Source: Enoplolaimus lenunculus
Lineage: Eukaryota
DNA: 64,000 nucleotides
Direction: 5' to 3'
Assembly (NCBI GenBank): GCA_030248215.1
Contig: JASANG010002125.1
Location: 124,001-188,000 of the forward strand
This document shows, one piece after another, positions 15,328 to 27,191 of this stretch. Under the pieces are notes generated by a model. That model did not search any database. It was not told the origin of the DNA and saw only the letters and a list, made by a program, of their open reading frames with translations. A program made the position numbers and the translations under genes. How positions within the stretch are numbered: the first letter of the stretch is position 1; each line of letters starts with the position of its first letter.

Positions 15328-18300
15328 TTGAGTAGCACCATTTTGCACATATTTGGTTTAAACTTATTTATGATTACGAAATCAAAATTGATTTTTATTG
15401 ATTTTGTGCGAAATCCTTCTAACTCAAGTGAGAGGGTGTATTTTTATAGGAATCTCTTCGATCTTATAAATGACATAGAATGGTATAGTGCAACTGAAAT
15501 TGGAATGCTTGGTGACTTTAATTTGGTAGAAGATATTTTTCTTGATAGATCAAGTACAACAACAGATCGTCAAATTGGATTAAAAGAATTTTGTCAGCTA
15601 AAGGAGTTATTATCATTAAACTATGTTTATAGAGAAAATCATCGCCATAAAAACAATTTTTTCACATTTGCTTCCAGGATACATAATACCCGGTCAAGAT
15701 TAGATCGTGTGTACGTAACACTAAATTTACTTGAAGGCGCAAGGAGCACTGTATGTGCTGTTAATTTAACGGACCACAAACTATTTTGTGTAAAATTAGA
15801 ATGTGGAAATCTTAAAAGGGGTCGAGGTTATTTTAAACTAAATACTCTTTTACTTTCGGAACCAGGTGTGATGACTTTTTTAGTGTCTGGTCTCAAATTT
15901 TTAAATAATTTAGATTATGAGCTTTCAGACCATTGGGAGGTTTTTAAAATGAATGTTAGAACTTATTTTAATAAGTTAGGTAAATTTAAAGCAATGGAGA
16001 GAAATTCAATTAGAAAAAGTTTTGAAGAAAGGATTAGGAACTCTCAAGACTTAATTTGTATTTATCCCGATGACGCAAACCTAAAGTGCTATTTACGTAA
16101 ACTACAGCTAGAGATGGAGTTATTAAATATGGCCTATGTCAATAGTTGTAAACATAATATGTATTTTAGTGACTTTGTGGATGATAAAGTGTCTTTGTCG
16201 ACTGTTAAGTCGCAACAGCGAAAAGATTGGGAGCAGCGTCATTTTTTCTCGATAAAAAATGCTTCTGGTGAAATTTTAATCTCAACAATATAAGGAAGTA
16301 TTTTCTAGCGAGAGTATTGATTGCCATATGCTAGATTTTTTTAAATCAGTTAAACTTTCCACAATTGTCAGAGGAACAAAAATTTAGTTTAGAATGTGAT
16401 ATAACTGTGCAGGAGGTTAAACAGGCAATATGGTCTTTTCAAAGGAAGAAAGCGCCAGGGTTGGATGGAATACCGATTGAGTTGTATGTGTTATGTTGTG
16501 ATGCAATTGCACCTTTTTTGTGTAAGCTATTTAACAACTTTTTATGTCAGGATATGATGAACATCTCTGCATATTATGGTGTAATCACTTTGCTTTACAA
16601 GGGAAAAGGTGATCGTCATTTAAGAGAAAATTGGAGACCAATCACTCTTTTAAATACGGACTATAAAATTTACACAAAAATTTTATCAAAAAGATTGGCA
16701 AGTGTAATGCATACTTTGGTGCATCCGGATCAAACTAGTTCAGTACCCGGAAGAACCATTGCAGATAGCTTAAATCATGTCAGATGTGTAGTAGACTACG
16801 CAAATGAATTCAATGCTGAAGTAATGATATTATGTTTGGATCATCAAGCAGCTTTTGATATGGTAGAATGGGATTTCATGCACGAAACTTTGAAACAAAT
16901 GAATTTTGGGCCAAAATTTCAAACACATTTCTGATGCATTTATAAAACCAAAATGTCAAAATCATTAGTATTGGTAAACGGATTTTTGTCCACACCCTTT
17001 GAAGTAAACAGAGGTATCCGACAGGGTTGTTCATTATCCCCTTTGTTATATGTGGTAACTTCTGAAGTTATTGCGCATTTTGTGCGAGCAACAAATATGC
17101 TAACAGGGGTACCACTGTGCGGTGTTAACACCAGAATTACAAAATTTGCAGATGACACAAGAATTTTTCTAACAAGATGGGAAGAAATAGACAATGTCTT
17201 AAACATCTTTGAATGGTACAAAAAAGCATCAGGTTCTCGGATAAAAACTTCAAAAACACAGTTATTGCTGCTGGGTGGCTTGAAAAATAGAGTAGTGCCA
17301 AGTGCTTATCAAAAGTTTTTAGTACAGAAACTAAAATTATATGGAGTATTTGTTTCTGCAGAGGGTTTTCAATGCGAGGAGAATTGGGCAAAAAGTATTG
17401 ACGCTATAACTCGCTTTGAAAGGAAAGTTCCACCTTTTGGTGTGTCGCTTTTTGGCAAAGTTCATTTTGTAATAACATATTACTTGTGTATGTTTAACTA
17501 CGTTTCCAGTGTTACTACGCCACCAAGGTGGCTAATCAAGCGTGTCTACAACAGTTTACGTAAGTTTTTGTGGTACCCGTCGCAAGCGAATTTCGTTAGA
17601 CAAAAATATTGCATCTTCAGCCCAACCAGGGTGGAGTCGGGTTTCCAGATTTAGATATACGGATTAAAGTTAGCCGTTTAATATTATACATTCGCGTGCT
17701 TTCGCACAAGGAGGTTTTAAGTTGGAATAGAGGTTTTCATTGCTTTTACAGACGAGTGGAATATTTGACGAAACGACAGGTAAAATTGGTGCATGTTCCA
17801 AGCTTTTATAAGGAAATTCGCCTTGCTGTCATAGAAGCTGAATTCCGACGAGAAAATGAGTTCTGCTGGATTTTCGGTAAGAAATTCTTAATGAAAAAAT
17901 TGTCCCCAAAGCTTTTGTACGCGATGTGGGTGGAGGAAAAATATAAGCAAAATATGGTTTCCGTAAATGCTTCGTGGTCCGAAAAGTTAGGTATTGAAAT
18001 TTGTGTTGTAAATAAATCTTGGGAATGGGCTAAAGCAAAGTATGTTTACGGGAAGGTTCGCGACCTACACTACAAACTGCGGCACCGTCGTCTGTTCGCA
18101 AACGACAGACTATCAAAATTTACAGATATTACAAATATGTGTTTATATTGTGCCGGTGAAAATATCGATGTTATTGAAGATAATTTTCATGTTTTCGTAC
18201 TTTGTCCTCGTGCCTACGGTTTTTACTCTGAGATTACACCCATGTTAAAACGAATTGCTACCGTAGAGCACTTAGGCTTGACAGATCTAATTTTGGGGCG

Positions 18301-18553
18301 TAAAATCGGGAATAGCAACACACAAGCTGTTTTCAACTTTGTTATTCAGCATGCGCAATTTGCAATATGGAAAGCTAGATGTAAGTTGAATTTTGATCAA
18401 ACTTACTGTGATCCCATGGATATTTTTAGGAAGAATGTTTTCCGCTCATTGTGTCGTCTTAGAATACGCTTGTATTCGTGTACTTTCTTTAATGTCTTCG
18501 AAAGTATTATAGTTCGCAGTGATAATGTCATGGGATTTCGGTTGTCAAATTAA
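15328..18553 (+). mobile_element. Degenerate non-LTR retrotransposon ORF2, Tx1/L1-clade-like (APE endonuclease, RT, C-terminal zinc-finger-like region)
   Basis: Endonuclease motifs GDFN, FTF..SRLDRVY, TDH, then GRGYFKLN. RT motifs [46 protein letters not shown]-terminal CLYC..HVFVLC. Broken into 4 ORFs by stops/frameshifts near 16291, 16932 and 17600. Confidence 0.93.
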
Positions 18554-18776
18554 CTCTAATGAGCGGAATGGGCTGGTGATTCTGTTTTGTTCATAGGATT
18601 TAAGCAATGGATAATGTGGTGTAAGTAATATATTGGAATCAACAATTTGAAGATGTAATGGTATTTCAGGATCTAGTTTATTGTGTTTAATATTGGACAG
18701 TAAACGTTTCTCTCTCTCTCTTTTTGTCCAGAAAGGTCGAGTGAAAAAACTAAAATCTGCGCCTCTAGAGTGCACA

Positions 18777-18904
18777 GGCCCATCAGGGGCGGAGAGTTTT
18801 TCTGTTGGACTAGAATAGAGTAAGCTTTAGACTAATTTTTTTGCTTGGCTTAGGCTTAGTAATACGCTTCTAATACTATTCCGCCCCTGTTCTTTACATT
18901 GGCC
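18777..18904. mobile_element. GGCC-ended TTAGGC-containing MITE, short copy
   Basis: ggcccatcaggggcgga...ttccgcccctgttctttacattggcc; flanks agtgcaca/agtgcccg (degraded 8-bp TSD). Confidence 0.75.
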
Positions 18905-19185
18905 AGTGCCCGTTACGTAAAATATTCTTTACTACTTTACATATTTACATCTCAGGACGGTAGGGTAAGGAGGTGGGGGGAATATGTTTTACGCTACTTA
19001 TATATTCGTTTGTGCTACTTTGATCATTATCATTTTCTGTGTCATCAGAATCCATATAGTCTGGCAGTGTGTTTGGCTTTGAGTGAGATCATCTTGAAAA
19101 TATGTAGTTGTAGTTTATTTTACCAGGTAACTAACAGCTGTAAACCAACCGTTGTAAAATAATGGCTGCTACTGTGAGTCTTTAA

Positions 19186-20423
19186 ATGCCAACGAGAAAA
19201 AGCAAAAGTGGCGGTGGCCAGCCCGTTGCGTTGAGCGAACAGTCTATGCGAAATAATTTCGCAATTTTAGAATATACACGGACGTGCCAAGCCGCTGCGG
19301 CTGGATGCACTGCAGGTAAGTGTATTGTTTTAGTGTTATATTTCATTTTATGCCAAAATATGACGTGTGTTCATTTTTTTTAAATTTTAGTAGGCATATT
19401 ACTGGGTAAAAATGTTTGAGTGGACGCCGACAAAATATTTTAAAATGGCGTTAAATTGTCAAAAGAATCGCCGACAGATAACTTCCATAAAATAGTAAAT
19501 TATGCAGCTTGGGTTTGCCCGAGTGAGCGGTTCATAGAACCTTCGACTAGTAAGTTTCCCGGTTAAATCGGTGTACCTCCGTTAATTACTATCGCTGAAT
19601 TGAAGTAGCGACTTGCGTGCGGTTGAATCACACATAAGACGTTCTCTTGTGCTCGAACGTCAAGCTCATACAGTCGAGTTTTACTAATTAACGCCTCACC
19701 ACTCTCATCTGAACGCCCGGCGGTTCGAATTTTGACTTGAAAAGATCATTTTGTTCTCGAAACTGCTGTGCAATAGAACATTTCTATTAAAAATTTAATG
19801 TATAAAGTCCATATCAATTGCAAATAAGTCCATTTACCCTATTGTACCTATAGAAATTATAACTACTTTAAACAAAAGCGCAAGCGCAAGCAATGTTTTA
19901 ACTCAAATTTTAGTATCAGATAAACTTGCATCGTATTTGAACAGAATGGGTACGTTGCGCAGTGGTAGACAGTCCGCTTAAATTGAGAGATCAAACACAC
20001 CGCGCACCTGCTTTTTTAGTTAGTTTCAAAACGTTTGAATGTTCTGGCTGGATATGACAAAAGTTGACAAAAAGGTGTTGTATTTTAGCAAATAACGTGT
20101 GCCACGTTTCGAATGTACGTACATTGCGAATTAGCGCTGTAATGTTTCGCTATTTGTTATTGTATTTTTTTCATTTTTTATTTTGTTTTCATTTTTGTAT
20201 GTTTAAAATTTTAGGTATTCTTGGTTTAACATCGCTGTATGGTTTCATATTCTATTTTGTATTCGCTCTGGTGCAGTCGTGTCTTTGGTTTGTTAAATCT
20301 GGCGGAGAATGGAATGAATATTTTCTGAACAAATCAACGTTATTCATGCACGGATTAAGCGGTGGACTGTTTACGTACGTGTTGTTCTGGACATTTTTAT
20401 ACGGAATGGTACATGTATATTAG
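19186..20423 (+). CDS. EMC6: ER membrane protein complex subunit 6 (TMEM93), 2 exons
   Basis: Exons 19186-19315 and 20215-20423 join in phase (112 aa): [37 protein letters not shown]...[20 protein letters not shown], the diagnostic EMC6 C-terminus. Confidence 0.96.
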
Positions 20424-22634
20424 TTGATGAACTACTGCTTAAAGATGCAGTTTATTAGGAAATCCCAAACCCAGTGGGTGTCACATTTGCGTCATAGTAC
20501 ATTTAGCTTCATGCATACGTAAATACGGAAATTGTTCTGCAGCAGTACTGAAGATCGAACCCGCAGTGTTTTTCGACTGATTTCTAGCGATTGATAGTTT
20601 TGGGGGTGATGGTGCTACAGCTCCCAATTATAGAATGTGAAAACTATTCACTCAAGCATACGAGCGAAATGGGAATTCTGACTACATTCCGAGAATCAAA
20701 TGACTATTTTATTAAGCATCAACATATAAGAAACACATGATGATAAGCATACAACACACACTATAGAGCTGTCATATAGCTAAAATGTGAACATGCCTAC
20801 TAATGTGGCCGCAAACTTGCCGGCTTGAGTCCGGCTGCAAATCAGCATATGGGATTTGTAGTTTTATTAACATAGGTAAAATGAAATCAATCAGAAGTTA
20901 GGTTCCGAACTGAACGCGGCATATATCTGTAATAAATGTTTATCAAAGAGAAACTGAAAAATCTCAAATAGATATAGCAATCACTTTAAAGATGAAAGAA
21001 GTAAAGTATGCAGTAGCAGGGATGTAACTGGAATTCCGGTTTGATTAGGAAACCATTTGTGTAACACACTGTTTATTAGCACCGTAAGATTGCAAAGTGT
21101 CACTGATTCGTTCCCAGTAAAGCAGCCTTTGCGATGACAGGAGCGTGCGAAAACCCAATTTCTCACGAGTTCTGAAGTGGTTTGTCGCTGTTTTGCGATT
21201 AATTCACTGAGATTAAAATTAAAAGTTTTTTTCGTTTTTTATCCCATAGGAAAAAATTGGAAACAACCGTTTTTCCATTGTTTTCCGGTGCCCAATCCTG
21301 TATTGTGACAAGTTTGATGATTGTTTAAAATAAACTGACAGTAGCAAAAAAAAAATTGTTTATTTCTGGTGTGTATGTACTTATACCGTTTAAAGAATAA
21401 AAACGTTTCCGGTTGTACTTAGTTGAGCTATATGGTTATTCGACTTGAAATAAAAAAACATTTTTGCACTATAGCAACTATCCATATACGAAACCGTGTT
21501 GTCATGAGAAGCTCTTTTCGTAATAGTACTACATATGCTGCAATTTAATCTCAAGCGTAAGATTAACAAACCGGAGTTGGAGGCCAAAAAAATTGCCAGA
21601 GCCGTCCGTATGTGGCGCACATCACAACAAGAAATGCTGAATTTGCAAATTTTAACAACTTGTAAAATGTGGTTTAATAAAACATGGTTCATAAGAGTAG
21701 CTTTAAAAAATATGTTCATAATTATATATTAAGGTTTCAAAATTGCTGCATAGTTAAAAATCAACTCGCTGAACGGCAAAACTTTTATAAAATGCAAAAA
21801 TTTTAAGCACCGAATTTGACGACGCTGGCGAATATTGTATTGGAGCTGGATTTTTTGACTGATACAGATTCGCCTTCATTTCAGATTGGCAGCTAAAATT
21901 AGCGATTTTAGCACGAGTTTAATTAATTGTGTGGTAACTTAGGTTCTAAGAGAAACTAGGTGGAGCCAAGGCCTCATTTAAGCTGTTCCTTTAGGTTTAC
22001 GGTTTTGTAAAAACAATAAAATTAGACGAAGGCGAACACATAGATACCATCCAAAAGGAAACTGTCAGACAACACGCTCCATGACAAGACGTAAACAAGA
22101 AAATTTAATGAACAAATTCATAGTAAACGGGTCCTTCTGAGGAGCAGACCGTTTTCCTTGCAACTGCAATAGAATAAGCTTAAGTTTTCGACTATTTTGC
22201 TTAGGCGAAGGCTTAGTTACAAGCTTATCGTTACTCTGGGCATATGCTTGGGAATATCCTTATACTATACTGTTTATACATTCGTAGTAACATACTAGCA
22301 CATGACCACAATTTAGAAACAACACACTTAATTATAGTTTAGATCATCACCCTATCTGAACCGAACAATTCCTTCCTATCTTAATGAGTGTTTCTAACTA
22401 GAGCCATAGTAAGAATGAACCATTAACTCCCATTTGTTTAGCTATCATCAACAGCGCCGAAGTGAACTATATAAACACCACCCAAAGCGTGGTTCTAAGC
22501 GTAAACGTAAGCGAAGCACAATCCCTATGACTTGTTCAGCCCCTGTTCTATATACTTTGTTTGATACCAGGAAATTGCTATTTCATGCCAACGAACAATT
22601 GCGTTTAAAAATGAACAAAACAGAGAAATACCAA

Positions 22635-23228
22635 CTACAGAATAATATCATCCAACTCATGTATACCATCTCTATCGATCTTAATTACCATAAATTTCGA
22701 TAAATTCAAAACAAATCGCGTTTTCACTTCTTTGAGGCACTTCTTCATTCCATCTACTGCTTGCTCGATGGTCCAGTCGTCGCGATAAATCCTATCCAAT
22801 ATGGAATAGCAGAATCGTGCGCCATGCCCTTGCATCAGATACGCGCCTTCAAACTGTGTTCCTAAATAGTCCATCATCGTTAAATACGGCTCATTATCGT
22901 TTGTATCATACCCACCGATAATAAGCCAAACAATATTTGGAGATCTCGTACGTAAACTCTCTGCAATTTCACGACGTACAAAACTTGCAGTAGCACGCGG
23001 GCTTAATTCGTAATCGTTGCGCATTTTGTAGAGTTGCACGTTTTTCTCAATAAATTCGGCAAATTGGTCTGCATCACCACCGTCTCCAACACATAACATC
23101 GATGTTGTTTCACCAAGCGGCCAATGCTTGCGTCTATCGTTGCTTACAATATAAATACTTTGAATTACCGATTTATCAGCAGCGAGCAATACACAATCAG
23201 CAGTGCGAACACCGAACAAATAATCCAT
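22635..23228 (-). CDS. PSMB2: 20S proteasome subunit beta type-2 (beta4), intronless CDS
   Basis: 197 aa ORF with CVGDGGDADQFAEFIEKNVQLYKMRNDYELSP, MDYLG, SILDR and RFVLNL..F.V..ID.DGIH.L. Confidence 0.96.
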   Translation of the reverse strand: MDYLFGVRTADCVLLAADKSVIQSIYIVSNDRRKHWPLGETTSMLCVGDGGDADQFAEFIEKNVQLYKMRNDYELSPRATASFVRREIAESLRTRSPNIVWLIIGGYDTNDNEPYLTMMDYLGTQFEGAYLMQGHGARFCYSILDRIYRDDWTIEQAVDGMKKCLKEVKTRFVLNLSKFMVIKIDRDGIHELDDIIL

Positions 23229-24365
23229 TATTGGTGTTTATGATATAACGGAATACAGATGTCAAACTTTTAGTTTTAAAACTAAAAATACGCAATTTTG
23301 TTCAAAATGTAAAGTTCAATGTTGACGGTGCCGCTTCAGTGGATAAAATGATGATGCACGCTACAAAACACACTTTACTTTCAATATGTAGATGCCGAAT
23401 AGTAGGATCCAACCGGGACAGAATTCAGTTTCTTTTTTGGAAATACCAGAGTTTCAATAGAAACCCTGTTGACTATGATTATTTTTTAATTGTAAAAACA
23501 AAATATTAATTTCGTTACAGAATTTGTATTTGGTTTTAGCAAGTTTTTCGATATCATCTGCAGCATATATAAGCAATCAAATACTTCTCCAATGTTTTCG
23601 TTTCGCTAAACACGATCTCTACCGGAATTTAGCCATTGGAATAGCGCTCACTCGGAATCGGAACAGAAATTTGGCAGGAATTTCAGCCGGAATCAGAATT
23701 CCGTTCGAATCCTACCGGATAGTTTAATAAAATATGCGACCAATGTCACTTTTAGGGTCTACAGTAGATTAAGCGCATTCCTAAACCTAAGCCTAAGCAA
23801 AAAATGTAGTCGGGAATATAAGCCTGCTCTATTACATACAGACCCACCACAAACCGGGACGGCTCTAAAAGTAACATGGGCCAAGTATGTGATAGCCCTA
23901 CCAAAATAAGAGTTAGCGTATAAAACACTACTACAAATTTTTTCAGTATCAGGGCTCACCAAAAGCTGTTATCCCCGGCTTCGGCTAAAAATTGACCGCC
24001 GACTCTAAAATTTTTTGTCCAAGCTTCGGGCAATTTCGACTATGCAATGTTTAGGATGGTTTATAAAGATTGCATCTTATAATGAGTTTCGTTCTAGCAA
24101 TGGAGCAACGTTCGCGCAATAATTCGCCGGATATTTTAAAACAGAAACTTACAGTAAGCTAATGCCAAGATTTCAGTGATTAGAAACATTGGTCTAAAAT
24201 TTTTCACATTTAAATGTCGTAAAGTTAGGACTTCGTTAATGAACGCTCAACCTAATACCCTAATTTTACAACCTAAGATGCCTCCAAGACGTAAACTTAG
24301 TTTGGGGGGAACCTGAGGTCAACCCAAAATATCTTTGAAATTCGATTATTTATAAACCCTTTTAA

Positions 24366-24714
24366 CAGGGTGCAGCCGGAGGTGAAAAATACCGGAGCCG
24401 GAGGTATAGGAAACTTGCCGGAGTAGGGGGTGAGGCAAAATTAAGTAGTAAAAATGATGGTTAACTAGTTAATTTTAGCCAATAACAGCAAAATGTTGTT
24501 AAGCTGTTTGGTTTCACGATAATTTTCTGCCAAACTTCGGCAATCCTTTCATGAAAATTGTGACAAAAGTCACTCGCAACACGCTAAACAGATAAATTTA
24601 GGAAAATTATGCAAAATTGTACTACCGAAATTGCCGGAACCTTCGGCAAAAATTCTACCGGAGCCGAAAGCCTATTTTCGGCCGGAGCCGGAGGCAGACC
24701 TCCGCTTGTACCTG
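24366..24714. mobile_element. hAT-like MITE (CAGGGTGCA.CCGG family)
   Basis: cagggtgcagccggagg start and ...cctccgcttgtacctg end; perfect 8-bp TSD ccttttaa; internal ccggagccgg motifs shared with copies near 25772-26047 and 49394-50685. Confidence 0.8.
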
Positions 24715-24912
24715 CCTTTTAATAATATAAACGGAACAACTTTTTTACATATATACATAAAAAGCAGAAAATTAATTCTTGAATAAAAGACAGCTATTTC
24801 TTGAAAGAAAGAAATTTGTACCTTATAAATTGGCAATAGCAATTTCTTACAACTTATTTTCCGTGTAGTCCAAATTATGAACGACTATAAGTTACAGCTG
24901 CATTAAACAGGG

Positions 24913-25100
24913 GGCGCATGTAAAGATCAGGGGCGGAACGTTTTTCTGTGGGACAAGAATAGAGTAAGCTTAAGGTTTAGACTAATTTTTGCCTGGGTTA
25001 GGCTTACACTTCGGAATATGCTCATTTTTACGCTTAAGCTTAGGATAAGGCTAAGAAATATGCTTATAATACAGTACCGACCCTGTTCTTTACATTGGTC
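24913..25100. mobile_element. GGCC-ended TTAGGC-containing MITE (Merlin-like)
   Basis: TIR-like ends ggcgcatgtaaagatcagggg / ccctgttctttacattggtc; perfect 8-bp TSD aaacaggg (24905-24912, 25101-25108). Confidence 0.85.
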
Positions 25101-26411
25101 AAACAGGGTAACCCGACATCAGTTCAGGGTAAAAACAGCGTCGACATTCGTTATATAAAATAATATTATAAAATCAGTTATATATATCAACGCACATAAT
25201 TTGAAAATCGCGCTAAGCACGACTCAAGTTTTCAATACAGGTATACAGCGGAGTGTAAACGGACCGTAAAAATAACGGAAATAGGAAAAATAAGGGTAAC
25301 GGAAAACGGGTATTTGAATAAATGTTCGGTGGTTGTCAAAAATTTCAATCAAGGTTTTAGATGAATTTCGTAGTTTTTCTTTTATTTCAAACAATGATAA
25401 GCACATCTGTAATGAAAAATTGCAAAATATGTGGTTTGTAACTAGGCGTCAGACTAACCGCATTTCCGATTCTAATAGAAACTGACGACTTTTACCAGAA
25501 AAAGATTTGTTTTTATACCATGCGTGGTATGCAGCAGTAGTTAGACTTAAAACTCAAAAAAAAAGACTCATTGCAAATCGTAAACAATTTGGTGCATTCT
25601 TTTTTTGAAAAATTTTAGAGAAAGCGCCGAATATTGACCAACATCATTCTTTCGTATTGGTGGAAAAAATACATAAATATCAGTTTCCATTATTTTGATC
25701 AGGACCATTATTTTTAGAGCCGAAACAATATATTAGGCATATTCCTAATCCTGAAAATAAGTGTTACTTAAGTGCAACCGAATATAATTTTGCAAAATTT
25801 ATCTGTTTAGCGCGTTTTTTTTGTTTTTGTCACAATTTTCTGAAAAGAATTTCCGAAATTTCGCAGAAAATTGGCGTAAAATCAACTTAATATATTACAG
25901 ATATTGGCTAAGATTAGCTAATCCACCGTCATTTTTACTACCAAATTTCGCCTCACCTCCGGCTCCGGCTAGTTTCGTTGACCTCCGGTTCCGGTATTTT
26001 TTATATCTTCAGTTTACATCCTGCAGTTTAATATACACACAACCTAAGGTGTTCTGCCAACGATTTCCAATGTATAATCAGTTTTCCAACAACTCACTCA
26101 AAATGCAGTTACTTAAACTACTATAACCACCGCCCAGCAAAAAATCAATCAAAACAAAAAGAGCTGCAGCAAATCAATTTATTTTCATAATATAAATGAC
26201 AATATATTCTCACTATAATTGTTACGATTTACACAACACTAAACAACGTACTTTTCAAATCACACTTTGATTTTCTGTCAAAAAAAAGTCAACGTCAAGC
26301 CCATGTTAAATATAGGAGCCTGCCCATAAGGAGACAGGGAAACTTGGAGTCCGAAGCTCAATCCTTTATTGTTAAGATCTGACCAATGCAATATCATTAT
26401 TTTATCAAATC

Positions 26412-27190
26412 AGCCCATGAGATCTGAAGCGAACCGTTTTTTCGTAGAAGTGCAATTTGCTTAGGTTTAGCCTGGGTTCCAACGAAATTCCGATTCCAAG
26501 GCCGCATGCTTAGTTTTCAAGTTATTTTTTCAAACAAAATTTAATGTGTTCGAATTTTTCGTAAACAAAAATGTATTACCAAAACCAAAATTGGAATTCC
26601 GGTTCCGTTTCAGACAAAAATTTGAATTCTGACTTCGGTTACAATTTCGACTAAATTCCATTCAGCTTGGAACCATGGACATAGGCTTATACTTACGCTT
26701 AGGAATATGCTTTTACCAGGGTGCGACCGGATCGCAAAAAAGGATACCGGATGTTAACCGGATAGTGTGTCTTTTAAAATAAATCAATTTTTAGCACGTT
26801 AATGAGTCGGTAAATGTTAATTTATCATTTAGTAAACGGAATATTGCGTTTATATAAGGAGCATGTCCTAATACTTGAAAATAATTGTGTGAAGCTGCAA
26901 ATAATTGGTGTGTTTCGATAATAAAATCCGAATCGCTGCCTTAACCATATGCAAAAAATACTGCTTTAAACCAATACTTTATACTTACATGTAATGGGAC
27001 TGAAAACATAGCATCTCACAACGTAATTTGCAATAATTTGAGAACTACGAAATCATCACCGAAATCCGGTATCCGGTAGGTTTGTACTGGATACCGGATG
27101 CGGGTTTTTTGCGGGATAGTAAACAGGAGCCGGATATCTGGTCGCACCGTGGCTTATACTGATGTTACAGCCCTGTTCTATACATTGGCC
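26412..27190. mobile_element. GGCC/TTAGGC MITE carrying two nested MITE insertions, next to the parkin-like stop codon
   Basis: Outer ends agcccatgagatc / ccctgttctatacattggcc with TSD atcaaatc/atcacatc. Nested elements at about 26474-26677 (gggttccaac...ttggaacc) and about 26717-27152 (cagggtgcgaccgg...ggtcgcaccgtg). Confidence 0.75.
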
Positions 27191-27191
27191 A

